From Bacteroidota bacterium (lineage in GTDB: Bacteria; Bacteroidota; Bacteroidia; Chitinophagales; LD1): a DNA stretch of 64,000 nt. Where the stretch lies: assembly GCA_947476645.1 (NCBI GenBank), contig CANJRM010000006.1:3146-67145 (forward strand). Direction: 5' to 3'. Every line of letters begins with the position of its first letter. The stretch's first letter is position 1. Position numbers and translations under genes: made by a program. The notes below the pieces were generated by a model. It was given only the letters and a program-made list of their open reading frames with translations. It did not search any database and was not told the origin of the DNA. Below, in pieces: positions 1-9,793 of the stretch.

Positions 1-707
1 CAGATTTGGATATTGCGATGGTGGCAACTGTGTTTGGTGCAGTAGGAACTGCGGGTCAGCGTTGCACTACTACACGCAGATTGATTATTCATGAAAGCAA
101 GTATGCCGAAGTGAAAAAGCGAATTGCGAAAGCGTATGCGCAACTTAAAATTGGAAATCCTTTAGATGAAAAAAATCATGTAGGTCCGCTGATTGATAAG
201 CAAGCAGTGAAATTATATGAAGCAGCGATTGCACAAGCCAAGAAAGAAGGCGGAAAGATTTTGGTAGAAGGCGGAGTATTGAAAGGGAAGAATTTCGAAA
301 GCGGCTGTTATGTAAAGCCATGTGTAATTGAAGCAAAAAATACAATGAGCATTGTGCAACATGAAACTTTTGCGCCTATTCTCTACATCATGTCTTACAA
401 AAATTTGGATGAAGCTATTGCTTTGCAAAATGGAGTGGTGCAAGGTTTGTCATCGAGTATCATGACCAACAATATTCGCGAAGCAGAATTATTTCTTTCT
501 GCCAACGGCAGCGATTGCGGAATTGCGAACGTGAACATTGGCACCAGCGGTGCTGAAATTGGCGGAGCCTTTGGTGGCGAAAAAGAAACAGGTGGCGGCA
601 GAGAAAGCGGAAGCGATGCCTGGAAGAATTATATGCGCAGACAAACCAACACCATCAACTATGGCACAAAACTGCCGCTTGCACAGGGAATAAAATTTGA
701 ATTGTAA
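1..707 (+). CDS. Aldehyde dehydrogenase family protein, C-terminal part (ALDH7/antiquitin-like semialdehyde dehydrogenase). The 5' end lies outside the window.
   Basis: The reading frame of ORF 6..707 is open to the window edge. It has the catalytic-Cys region [13 protein letters not shown], the motif ETFAPILY and a [23 protein letters not shown] tail typical of the ALDH7 subfamily. Confidence 0.8.
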   Translation, partial: DLDIAMVATVFGAVGTAGQRCTTTRRLIIHESKYAEVKKRIAKAYAQLKIGNPLDEKNHVGPLIDKQAVKLYEAAIAQAKKEGGKILVEGGVLKGKNFESGCYVKPCVIEAKNTMSIVQHETFAPILYIMSYKNLDEAIALQNGVVQGLSSSIMTNNIREAELFLSANGSDCGIANVNIGTSGAEIGGAFGGEKETGGGRESGSDAWKNYMRRQTNTINYGTKLPLAQGIKFEL

Positions 708-712
708 TGCTG

Positions 713-1108
713 TTAATGACCGAGATTAATATTTACATGCTTCGATTTAATCTGTAAATGTTTTTTCTCCACCTTCATTCCGCCTTTGCTTCCCTTTACT
801 TCTAATCCTTTTTTATTGGCTTCTACTCCATGTCCGTGACTGTTTTCGGCAGACACCTCATGCTTGTGCACTTCAACACCTGCACCGTTTTTATTCTTGG
901 CTTCAGCGCCTTTATTGTTCACCGTTGCACCGCCACCTTTACTACTTGTTACCGCTGCCTCTTTCTTTTTTACCTCAACACCGCTGCCTTTTCCATTAGA
1001 AACACTCGCGCCTTTGTTAGTGGCGGTTACTCCTTTTTGTTGCGCTGAAATTGTATTTGATAAAAGCAGAACAGCAAAAACCGAAAGAATGATTTGAAAA
1101 TTTTTCAT
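713..1108 (-). CDS. Small secreted low-complexity Lys/Gly/His-rich protein (hypothetical)
   Basis: N-terminal signal peptide MKNFQIILSVFAVLLLSNTISAQ. The rest is degenerate KG-x-x-V-E/T repeats with a His-rich C-terminal half (HKHE, SHGHG, KKH, SKH, LGH). Confidence 0.6.
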   Translation of the reverse strand: MKNFQIILSVFAVLLLSNTISAQQKGVTATNKGASVSNGKGSGVEVKKKEAAVTSSKGGGATVNNKGAEAKNKNGAGVEVHKHEVSAENSHGHGVEANKKGLEVKGSKGGMKVEKKHLQIKSKHVNINLGH

Positions 1109-1225
1109 TGTAAATTGTTTAAGGTAAAAATAGTTGGAAACGGCAATAACAGAAAATATTTACGCTGAACAAAAACACCTTGAGCTTTGTTTATTATTCA
1201 TACTTTCACAAAAACTATACATTCT

Positions 1226-2050
1226 ATGAAAAAGCTTTTTACTCTTTGCTCAGTTTTCCTGCTATTCTTTTTTGCAAAGGCACAGATTACCACCTTTCAC
1301 AACTTTATAACCTATTCCATAAACGGAGATACAATTGACCTGTCGCAGTATTACGGCAAAAAAGTAATGGTGGTAAATGTAGCCGCGCATTGTGGCTATA
1401 CTCCTCAATTCACACAACTTCAGCAGATGTACGACTCGTTTCAAACGCATAATTTTGAAATCATTGGTTTCCCAAGCGATGATTTTCACCAACAAGGCAC
1501 CGACTCAGAATTGATTGCTACCTGCGGTTCTTACAATGTTACTTTTCCTTTAACCGAAAGTGTGCATGTGAAAACAAATGCCTCACAGCATCCCATTTAT
1601 CAATGGCTTACTCATGCCTCGCAAAACGGAGTTTCTGACGCCACAGTAAGCTGGAACTTCAACAAGTTTTTGATTGACGAAGCCGGGCACTGGGTTCAAT
1701 ATTATTCGCAAAATACTTTACCCAACGACCAGGCCATTATCAATTGGATTCTTTCTCCTTCTGCTTTGGGAGTTTCTCCTTCAGTTAGTTTAGATGAGTT
1801 GATTGAAATGAAATCTTCTAATCCAACTTCTACTTCTATTGATTTTGTGGTTAAGAATTCGGGTTTAAAAAATCTGAACGTTCAATTGTTTTCGACTGCA
1901 GGAGATTTAATTGGTTCTGTTTACAACGGTTCAGTTGAAAGCAATCAAAACATCAGCTACTCGGTAAGTAATTTGGCTTCGGGAATTTACTTTGTAAAAA
2001 TTCAGGCTGACGGATTGCAGAAGACACTGCGATGCTCTGTCATAAATTAA
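1226..2050 (+). CDS. Glutathione peroxidase-family protein fused to a T9SS type A C-terminal sorting domain
   Basis: GPx motifs VNVAAHCGYTPQ (peroxidatic Cys), FPSDDFHQQ and WNFNKFLID. Signal peptide MKKLFTLCSVFLLFFFAKAQ starts at the internal ATG 1226. The C-terminal ~80 aa ends in GIYFVKIQADGLQKTL, which is CTD-like. Confidence 0.8.
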   Translation: MKKLFTLCSVFLLFFFAKAQITTFHNFITYSINGDTIDLSQYYGKKVMVVNVAAHCGYTPQFTQLQQMYDSFQTHNFEIIGFPSDDFHQQGTDSELIATCGSYNVTFPLTESVHVKTNASQHPIYQWLTHASQNGVSDATVSWNFNKFLIDEAGHWVQYYSQNTLPNDQAIINWILSPSALGVSPSVSLDELIEMKSSNPTSTSIDFVVKNSGLKNLNVQLFSTAGDLIGSVYNGSVESNQNISYSVSNLASGIYFVKIQADGLQKTLRCSVIN

Positions 2051-2056
2051 TTGCAC

Positions 2057-2090
2057 AAAAAAGGCGAGCAAAATTTGCTCGCCTTTTTTA
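2057..2090. terminator. Bidirectional rho-independent terminator between the convergent GPx and panB genes
   Basis: AAAAAAGGCGAGCAAAATTTGCTCGCCTTTTTTA: a GC-rich 9-bp stem flanked by an A-tract and a T-tract. Confidence 0.75.
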
Positions 2091-2105
2091 TTTCCATTCG
2101 CAGTT

Positions 2106-2921
2106 TTAATACTGCTCTTCCTTATTTGGAAAATTTTTGCTCTTCACATCATCTACATATTGCTTCACCGCATTTTCAATTTCGTCATACAGATTTAAGT
2201 ATCTGCGCAAAAAGCGTGGTTTAAATTCTTTGGTAATGCCAAGCATATCATGCGAAACAAGTACTTGTCCATCGGTTCCTCCACCTGCGCCAATGCCAAT
2301 GGTAGGAATGAGTAATTTTTTGGAAACAGTTGTTGCGAGTTTTGCAGGAATTTTTTCAAGCACAATGGCAAAGCATCCGCTCTTTTGCAAAAGCAATGCG
2401 TCTTCTATCAACTTTTTTGCTTCCAATTCTTCTTTAGCACGCACCGTATAAGTGCCGAATTTGTAAATGGATTGTGGAGTTAAACCCAAATGCCCCATCA
2501 CCGGAATTCCCGCAGTAAGAATGCGCTCTACGCTTTCTCGAATTTCGCCACCACCTTCTAATTTCACTGCGTGTGCTCCTGCTTCCTTCATAATGCGAAT
2601 AGCAGATTCAAGTGCTAATCTCGAATTACCCTGATAATAACCGAAGGGCAAATCAACCACCACCAACGCACGCGTAACACCACGCACTACAGCCGATGCG
2701 TGATAAATCATTTGGTCGAGTGTAATAGGCAAAGTGGTTTCGTGACCTGCCATTACATTCGAAGCCGAATCGCCAACGAGAATCACATCAATACCCGCGC
2801 TATCAATAATGCGCGCCATCGAAAAATCGTAGCTCGTAAGCATCGAAATTTTTATTCTAGCCTTTTTAAAATCCTGAAGGGTGTGTGTGGTAATTCGCTT
2901 AATTTCTTTGTGAACCGACAT
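2106..2921 (-). CDS. panB: 3-methyl-2-oxobutanoate hydroxymethyltransferase
   Basis: Full-length PanB-like sequence (LTSYD, VGDSxxNVxxGHETTLP, KLEGG, IGIGAG). The start is taken at the internal Met (MSVHKE), giving ~271 aa. The longer ORF reaches 2987. Confidence 0.9.
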   Translation of the reverse strand: MSVHKEIKRITTHTLQDFKKARIKISMLTSYDFSMARIIDSAGIDVILVGDSASNVMAGHETTLPITLDQMIYHASAVVRGVTRALVVVDLPFGYYQGNSRLALESAIRIMKEAGAHAVKLEGGGEIRESVERILTAGIPVMGHLGLTPQSIYKFGTYTVRAKEELEAKKLIEDALLLQKSGCFAIVLEKIPAKLATTVSKKLLIPTIGIGAGGGTDGQVLVSHDMLGITKEFKPRFLRRYLNLYDEIENAVKQYVDDVKSKNFPNKEEQY

Positions 2922-3017
2922 GCGCTGTTTTTTGATTGAGCACGAAAGTCTGCATAAGGTTTTGTAATGCAAAATATTTAAGCCCAAAAGAAGATTTCTG
3001 ATACATTTGCCCGCTCT

Positions 3018-4046
3018 ATGAAAAAAGGTATTTTGATTTTTGCTACGCTGTTTTTAATCTGCTTTGCTGGCTGTAAACGAGATTTTGATTTAACAGCTCC
3101 TTACAAGGAAATTCCGGTGGTATATGGTTTGTTGGATGTAGATTCTACCACGCATTACATTCGTGTGCAAAAGGCATTTTTGATTGATGGCGATGCAAGT
3201 GTAGCGGCAGGAATTACCGATTCAATTTATTATTCAGATTCAGTAGTTGTAAAACTGATTGGTTATTTCAATGGCAGTCGTAAAGATTCTTTTTACCTGC
3301 ATAAAATAGATGGAAACACCATCGGCTTGCCAAAAGATTCAGGTTTGTTTGCCAATACACCGAACATACTTTACACCTTCAATGGCATTTTAAAAGCTAC
3401 TGAAACTTATCGTTTGGAAGTTTCGCGTGGCGGGAAAATCATTGCTCACACTACTGACAATGCAAATATTGAACTGGCAAACAATTTCACAGTGAATACT
3501 CCTTTTACTTCTTATAAGATGAAGTTGTCGAATGTAAGCCCCTATAAATTTACTTGGCTTCCTGTGCCAAATGCAGGCATTTATGATTTGACCATACGAT
3601 TCTTCTATACAGAAATAACTCCTTCGGATGTAACTGACAAATACATTGACATTCCGTTTTTTAAATCAAACATACCTGACCTTGGTTCAAGCAGTAACGT
3701 AACTGCACAGTTTACGGCCGATATATTGCTGAGTAAACTTGCTAGTGGTTTAGAGCAATCCCCTGATATTACCCGCCAATTCAGAAAAATGGATTTTATG
3801 TTTGCTGCCGGTGGAACAGAACTTTCCAATTTTGTAGTATCACAACGTGCACAAACAGGAATTACATCGGGCGAAGCACTTCCTGTTTACACCAATATTA
3901 CCGATGGCACCGGACTTTTATCTTCCCGTTTGTATAAACAGGTGGATAGCGTTTTGCTTAACCCGGCAGCGTTAGACACGTTGGCATGCAGCCCTATCTC
4001 CAGAGCGCTGCGTTTTAAAAATCAGTTCGGGGCGATTTGTAATTGA
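3018..4046 (+). CDS. Hypothetical lipoprotein (possibly DUF4249-like)
   Basis: Lipoprotein signal [19 protein letters not shown]. The 342-aa ORF has coding-like composition. The family assignment is tentative. Confidence 0.65.
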   Translation: MKKGILIFATLFLICFAGCKRDFDLTAPYKEIPVVYGLLDVDSTTHYIRVQKAFLIDGDASVAAGITDSIYYSDSVVVKLIGYFNGSRKDSFYLHKIDGNTIGLPKDSGLFANTPNILYTFNGILKATETYRLEVSRGGKIIAHTTDNANIELANNFTVNTPFTSYKMKLSNVSPYKFTWLPVPNAGIYDLTIRFFYTEITPSDVTDKYIDIPFFKSNIPDLGSSSNVTAQFTADILLSKLASGLEQSPDITRQFRKMDFMFAAGGTELSNFVVSQRAQTGITSGEALPVYTNITDGTGLLSSRLYKQVDSVLLNPAALDTLACSPISRALRFKNQFGAICN

Positions 4047-4095
4047 TAATTCGCTAACGCTCATTTTTTATATTCGCACATCAAATTTTTGAACG

Positions 4096-5064
4096 ATGGG
4101 CAATGCCGTAAAACTCTCTACTTTTCTTGAAGCCAATACCAATATTGATTTGGCAAAACTTATTTTATCATTAGCGGAGGGCTGTAAAATTATTGGTCGA
4201 CTAGTCAACAACGCTGGGCTTAGCGGAATCATAGGAACTACCGGTGACACCAATGTGCAGGGCGAAACGGTGCAGAAGTTGGATGACCTTTCCAACAAAA
4301 TTTTGATGGATTATTTGCGTGCGAGCGAAACCTGTGCAGGCTATTTGAGTGAAGAAAACGAAGGCATTGCCACACTAAACCAAAACGGCAAATACATTAT
4401 TTCGGTTGACCCGCTCGATGGTTCATCTAATATTGATGTGTGCGCACCCATCGGAACCATCTTCAATATTTACGAAAGACTTTCTGGAGCGGGTGACGTG
4501 AGCGATGCTGATTTTTTTCAGAAAGGAATGGAAACCAAAGCAGGCGGTTATGTAATTTATGGCAGTTCTACCATTCTTGTTTTTTCAACGAGTAATGGAG
4601 TAACCGGCTTTACCTTGAGCACAGAGGATAATGATTTTTATCTCTCACATCCTGATATGAAGATGCCGGAGAAGGGGAAAATTTATTCGCTCAATCAAGG
4701 CAATACAGAAAAGTTTGGCGAAGGGGTAAAGAACTTTATTGCCTATTGTACTATGGTAGATAAAGAAACTTCGCGACCGTATTCATTGCGTTACATCGGC
4801 TCAATGGTGGGCGATTTGCATCGCAACTTAATCAAGGGTGGAATTTTCATTTACCCGGCTAACAAAGGCGAAAAGAAAGGCAAACTTCGTTTGCTGTATG
4901 AATGCATTCCCATGTCGTTTCTAACTGAACAGGCAGGAGGCAAAGCAACAGATGGCACACAACGTATTCTCGAAATACAACCTACTGAACTTCATGAACG
5001 AACCGCAATATTTATAGGGTCTAAGAATTTGGTGGAAAAAGCTGAAGAATTTTTGAAGGGATAG
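4096..5064 (+). CDS. fbp: Fructose-1,6-bisphosphatase class 1
   Basis: Motifs NVQGETVQKLD, LSEENE, VDPLDGSSNIDV, YSLRYIGSMVGDLHRNL and LRLLYECxPMSFLxEQAGG. Confidence 0.93.
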   Translation: MGNAVKLSTFLEANTNIDLAKLILSLAEGCKIIGRLVNNAGLSGIIGTTGDTNVQGETVQKLDDLSNKILMDYLRASETCAGYLSEENEGIATLNQNGKYIISVDPLDGSSNIDVCAPIGTIFNIYERLSGAGDVSDADFFQKGMETKAGGYVIYGSSTILVFSTSNGVTGFTLSTEDNDFYLSHPDMKMPEKGKIYSLNQGNTEKFGEGVKNFIAYCTMVDKETSRPYSLRYIGSMVGDLHRNLIKGGIFIYPANKGEKKGKLRLLYECIPMSFLTEQAGGKATDGTQRILEIQPTELHERTAIFIGSKNLVEKAEEFLKG

Positions 5065-5113
5065 CGTATAACTGCAATAAGCAGCAGCACCAAATTCCGC
5101 TTGCCATTTTAAT

Positions 5114-6283
5114 ATGAAAAAAACAGGATTGCTTTTTAGTTTGATGCTGACGTTGCAAATTTTATTTGCACAAAATGCTCCTGTAGCATACAACGATACT
5201 TTCAGCATCAACAAGAATATCACTACTGCTTTTTATGTAATCGCTAACGACTATGACCTTGATGGAGACCCGCTCACCATTACGATTTTAGTTTCGCCTC
5301 AGCATGGCACAGCTTCTGTTTCGGGCAATAACATTGTTTACATACCTTCATTAAATTATACCGGCAGTGATTCTATCACTTATGTTATTTGCGACACGAC
5401 TGACAAGTGTGATACAGCTACCGTTTTTATAACCATTAATGGAAGTAACAATCCTCCTGTAGCGAATGACGATAACTACTTAGTGCAGCAAAACATCAAT
5501 ACCATTCTTGCTGTTTCGAGTAATGACTATGACCCCGATGGCGATGCACTTACGCTTACAATTATAACACCTCCGCAACACGGCACGGCAACGGTGATTA
5601 ACACCACGCAAATTTTTTACTCGCCAACCAGTTTCTATTACGGAGTAGATACAATTGTTTATGTGCTTTGCGATAACAACAATCTGTGCGATACCGCTGT
5701 AGTTTATATTGTAGTAAATGGCTCTAACAATCCACCAATATCTGCTGATGACAGCTATAGTTTTACAGATTCTGTTTCGAGTAATGTGCTTTCAGTTTTA
5801 AATAATGATAGCGACCCGGAGAACGATACCATACACGTGACTCAGGTTTTTGATAATGATACGCTAAATAATCTTGGAGCTATAAGTTTAGAATCAGGCA
5901 ATGTAATATTTGCACGAAGTGCACTTGGTTGTGGAACAGAAACGTTTCAGTATTTAGTTTGCGATTATCAAATGTGCGACACAGGAAACATTACCATCAC
6001 AATTACTTGTCCCGATAATATTTTTCTTCCACAGGGTTTTTCGCCTGATGGTGATGGCAAAAACGACAAACTTGTTTTTACAGGTTTAGAATATTTTGCT
6101 CCTGCCACTTTAAAAGTTTTCAATCGTTACGGCTCTATTGTTTATGAAAACACGGAGTACAAAAATGATTGGAATGGGACGTATATTGAAAACGAGAAGC
6201 CTCTTCCTGACGGCACTTATTTTTACACGCTTCAGTTGAATGACAAAAGGCGCTACAACAATTACCTTATCATCAATCGTTAG
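5114..6283 (+). CDS. Secreted cadherin-like / tandem-95-type repeat protein with a T9SS type B (gliding-motility-associated) C-terminal domain
   Basis: Signal peptide, then three ~100-aa repeats (NxPPVANDD..., NDYDxDGDxLT, PQHGTA, YxPxxxYxGxDxIxYVxCD). C-terminal FSPDGDGKNDKLVF...FNRYGSIVYE...WNGT...LPDGTYFY. Confidence 0.85.
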   Translation: MKKTGLLFSLMLTLQILFAQNAPVAYNDTFSINKNITTAFYVIANDYDLDGDPLTITILVSPQHGTASVSGNNIVYIPSLNYTGSDSITYVICDTTDKCDTATVFITINGSNNPPVANDDNYLVQQNINTILAVSSNDYDPDGDALTLTIITPPQHGTATVINTTQIFYSPTSFYYGVDTIVYVLCDNNNLCDTAVVYIVVNGSNNPPISADDSYSFTDSVSSNVLSVLNNDSDPENDTIHVTQVFDNDTLNNLGAISLESGNVIFARSALGCGTETFQYLVCDYQMCDTGNITITITCPDNIFLPQGFSPDGDGKNDKLVFTGLEYFAPATLKVFNRYGSIVYENTEYKNDWNGTYIENEKPLPDGTYFYTLQLNDKRRYNNYLIINR

Positions 6284-6393
6284 TTGCCTGAATTCACACT
6301 TCTTATTTAAAAGGAGCGATTAGATTTTGTTGCTTACATTCGGCATCGTATTTTTCGACAGCGAATTATCTTCCACTACGTTTAAAATCGCAC

Positions 6394-9300
6394 ATGAAAA
6401 AAATTTTACTCGCCATTTCAACGGCTCTGCTATTTTGTTTTGCGCATGCACAAACACCTACATGGGCAACAGACATTGCTCCTATACTTTATGCAAACTG
6501 CGCTAAGTGTCACCACACTGGAGGAGCGGGACATTTTCCGCTCATGACATTTTCTGATGCTTATGCCAATGGATTCAATATGGCAAATGATGTGAGCAAT
6601 AAAATTATGCCTCCTTGGCCACCCGATGAAAACTACAAACACTTTGCTCATGAGCGCGTAATTTCACAAACTGATATTGATGCCATAAACAATTGGGTAA
6701 GCGGTGGAAGACCAATGGGAAATATTACACAGGCACCTACGCAACCAACTTATACCAACGGCTCTCAATTGGGCTCAGTAGATTTATCAGTTCAAATTCC
6801 AACTTATACAATTGGAGCTAATAACGATGTGTATCGTAATTTTCCAATCCCATCAGGATTACTACAAGGAAAATATATAACTGCTTTCGAAGTAATACCC
6901 GGTAATCCGATGATTGTGCATCACGTTCTTATTTTTCAGGATTCAACTAATGTTCCTGCCCAGTTAGATGCAGGTGATGCAGGCCCCGGATATACCGATG
7001 CAGGAGGAACAGGTTCGCTGGCTTCAAAATTAATTGGAGGATTTACTCCCGGTGCTTCACCTTATTACACACCAGTAGGTACAGGATTTCGTTTGCCTGC
7101 AAACACAAATATTGTTGTGCAGGTGCATTACCCGGCAGGTAGCCAGGGTTTGATAGACAGCACAAGAATTAATTTCAAACTTACTTCGGTTGCTCAGCGC
7201 GAAATCACGGTGTATCCCTTGGTTAATCATTTACAAAACATGACGAATGGTCCAATCAATATTCCTGCTAATACAACCAAGACTTACTACGAACAATACA
7301 ACATGCCTGCCACTAACTTTACTATTCTTTCGGCATTTCCACACATGCATTTAATTGGAAGAACCATTGAGTGCTTTGCTACTACTAGTATTCCTAACGA
7401 TACGGTTCGGTTTGTAAATGTTCCTGATTGGAATTTTCACTGGCAGGACACTTATGTTTTTCCGAATGCTGTGAAACTGCCTGCGAGTTCTATTATTAAA
7501 GCAAAAGCATTTTATGATAACACGGCAAACAATCCCGATAATCCCAATTCTCCACTCGCAGCAGTTCACGCAGGTGAAGGTACTACCGATGAAATGATGA
7601 TGGTGTTTTTTGGGTTTATGCCATATCAAAGTGGTGATGAAAATTTAATTATTGACCGAAGAGTAATTCCACAAGGTGCCACAACTTTTTGTTCGGGTCA
7701 ACAAGTTGTTCTAAAAACAATTGAAGGAACAGGTTATACCTATCAGTGGTATAAAAACGGTGTAAGCATAAACGGAGCAAATACTTTTTCTTACACAGCA
7801 ACACTAGCAGGAAATTATCACGTTATTATTTCGCTGGGGCCAAATACTTCAAACTCCGATACTATTGCGGTTAATGTAAGTGCTTCTCCTAATGCAATTA
7901 TTTCTGCTGCTTCAAATTCTTTTTGTCCGAATGGTTCGGTACAATTAAGTGCAAGCACAGGTAGTGGTTATACCTATGAATGGTTGAACAATGGAGTTCC
8001 AATCAACGGAGCAACTTCTTCTACTTATACAGCGAATGCAGCAGGAAATTATACTGTGCAGATTTATAATGGATGTTATGCGCTTTCATCTGCTACAACT
8101 ATTGCGGCAGCTTCTGCTCCTTCAAATGTTGTTACTCCTTCGGGGGCAACAACATTTTGTACGGGAGGTACTGTTTCTTTAAACGCAGCAAATGGGTTGA
8201 CTTATCATTGGAGCAACAACTCCACTACGCAAAGTGTTTCAATAAATCAAAGTGGTAATTACACGGTTACTGTTACTAATGCGAATAATTGCACAGCTGT
8301 TTCTTCGCCAGTAAGCGTTACGGTGAATACACTTCCTTCGGCTACTGTAACACCGAATGGTGCTACTGCTTTTTGCGATGGCAGTAGCGTAGTTCTATCG
8401 GCTGTTGCAGGATTAAATTATAGCTGGAGCAATAGTTCATCTGCATCTTCTATAACTGTTACACAAACCGGAAATTTTTCGGTGACTGTTACCGATGCAA
8501 ATACTTGTAGTGCTTCTTCGTCATCCATTCACGTAACAGTTAATCCTTTGCCAACCGCTTCTATAAGCGCAAGTGGAACTACTGAATTTTGTGATGGAGG
8601 AAATGTAACGCTCACTGCTGCCAATGCAACTTCATATTTATGGAGCGATGCTTCTACCACAGCTTCTGTCAATGCAACTGCAAGCGGAGATTATTCGGTG
8701 ACTATTACCGATGCAAACGGATGCACCAATTCAACTTTGCAAACAGTTACAGAGTTTCCGGTGCCCGATAATTCTATTACTACTGACAGACCCACAACTA
8801 TTTGCCCCGGTGAGAGTGTAACGCTTACTGCTGCCAACGGTATGAGTTATAGTTGGAGTAACAGTTCATCTGCACAAAGTATTACTGTTTCTGCCAATGG
8901 AGTTTTTTCAGTTACGGTTACGGATAGCCATAGCTGCACAGCAGTTTCTTCGCCTGTAACAATTGCTGTAAGTAACAACGCAGTTGCATCTGTTACGCCA
9001 TCGGGTGCAACAAATCTTTGCGAAGGTGGTTCAGTTCAATTGACCGCTTCATCGGGCGATGTATATCTGTGGAGTAACGGAGAAACTTCACAAACTATCC
9101 ATGTAAATGCAACAGGAAACTTTGCAGTTACAGTAACTACATCGGGAACTTGTGTGGCACTTTCAGATACTACTTATGTTGTTGTCAATTCAAATCCAGT
9201 AGTTTCTCTTTCAGGAAATATGGATACGGTTTGCAATTCTACAGGTATTATTTATTTGATTGGCGGAACACCTTTTGGTGGAACGTATTCAGGCAGCTCG

Positions 9301-9687
9301 GTTACAGGAACTTTTTTTGATGCTTCTGCTGCATTGCCTGGAACGAATACAATTACCTATATGTTTACCGATAACAACGGATGCAGCGGCTCTGCTACCG
9401 AAACAATTGAAGTGGAAGTTTGCACCGGAGTAAATGATTTAGCAACAAGCAGAATTCATATCTATCCGAATCCGAACAATGGAAATTTTGAAATTGATTT
9501 AGGAGAATCAAACAACGCAACTACTCAACTGAAAATAGTTGATGCCACCGGAAAAATAATTTTGAATCAATTCTTCAAGGGAAATAAAACTTCATTGCAG
9601 TTGAATGAAGTTGCGTCAGGAATATATCTGCTCGAACTGAAAACTGTTACAGAAACGCGAAGAACAAAATTGATAATTCAGAAATAG
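6394..9687 (+). CDS. Multidomain T9SS cargo: N-terminal c-type heme motif, PHM/DBH-like copper monooxygenase fold, ~9 Ig-like repeats and a T9SS type A CTD
   Basis: Signal peptide. CAKCH at 6499..6513 followed by IMPPW. HHVLIF, VQVHY, HMHLIG and GTTDEMMM occur in the order of the PHM CuH/CuM ligands. Repeats are ~75 aa with FCxG...Y.W...G.Y.V.V....C. The C-terminal end has IYPNPNNGNFEI...GIYLLELKT. Confidence 0.85.
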   Translation: MKKILLAISTALLFCFAHAQTPTWATDIAPILYANCAKCHHTGGAGHFPLMTFSDAYANGFNMANDVSNKIMPPWPPDENYKHFAHERVISQTDIDAINNWVSGGRPMGNITQAPTQPTYTNGSQLGSVDLSVQIPTYTIGANNDVYRNFPIPSGLLQGKYITAFEVIPGNPMIVHHVLIFQDSTNVPAQLDAGDAGPGYTDAGGTGSLASKLIGGFTPGASPYYTPVGTGFRLPANTNIVVQVHYPAGSQGLIDSTRINFKLTSVAQREITVYPLVNHLQNMTNGPINIPANTTKTYYEQYNMPATNFTILSAFPHMHLIGRTIECFATTSIPNDTVRFVNVPDWNFHWQDTYVFPNAVKLPASSIIKAKAFYDNTANNPDNPNSPLAAVHAGEGTTDEMMMVFFGFMPYQSGDENLIIDRRVIPQGATTFCSGQQVVLKTIEGTGYTYQWYKNGVSINGANTFSYTATLAGNYHVIISLGPNTSNSDTIAVNVSASPNAIISAASNSFCPNGSVQLSASTGSGYTYEWLNNGVPINGATSSTYTANAAGNYTVQIYNGCYALSSATTIAAASAPSNVVTPSGATTFCTGGTVSLNAANGLTYHWSNNSTTQSVSINQSGNYTVTVTNANNCTAVSSPVSVTVNTLPSATVTPNGATAFCDGSSVVLSAVAGLNYSWSNSSSASSITVTQTGNFSVTVTDANTCSASSSSIHVTVNPLPTASISASGTTEFCDGGNVTLTAANATSYLWSDASTTASVNATASGDYSVTITDANGCTNSTLQTVTEFPVPDNSITTDRPTTICPGESVTLTAANGMSYSWSNSSSAQSITVSANGVFSVTVTDSHSCTAVSSPVTIAVSNNAVASVTPSGATNLCEGGSVQLTASSGDVYLWSNGETSQTIHVNATGNFAVTVTTSGTCVALSDTTYVVVNSNPVVSLSGNMDTVCNSTGIIYLIGGTPFGGTYSGSSVTGTFFDASAALPGTNTITYMFTDNNGCSGSATETIEVEVCTGVNDLATSRIHIYPNPNNGNFEIDLGESNNATTQLKIVDATGKIILNQFFKGNKTSLQLNEVASGIYLLELKTVTETRRTKLIIQK

Positions 9688-9725
9688 AAAAAGTTGAGGA
9701 CGTTTAAGTTCGTCTTGTAAAGTTA

Positions 9726-9787
9726 TGTCACGCTGAGCTTGTCGAAGCGCATTGATAAAAATATCCTTCGACAAGCTCAGGATGACA
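9726..9787. repeat. Dispersed palindromic intergenic element (GTCAnnCTGAGCTTGTCGAAG...CTTCGACAAGCTCAGnnTGAC family), copy 1
   Basis: A ~22-bp inverted repeat around a ~17-nt loop, between convergent genes. A second copy is at 15411..15471. It probably also acts as a terminator hairpin. Confidence 0.8.
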
Positions 9788-9793
9788 TTCAGT

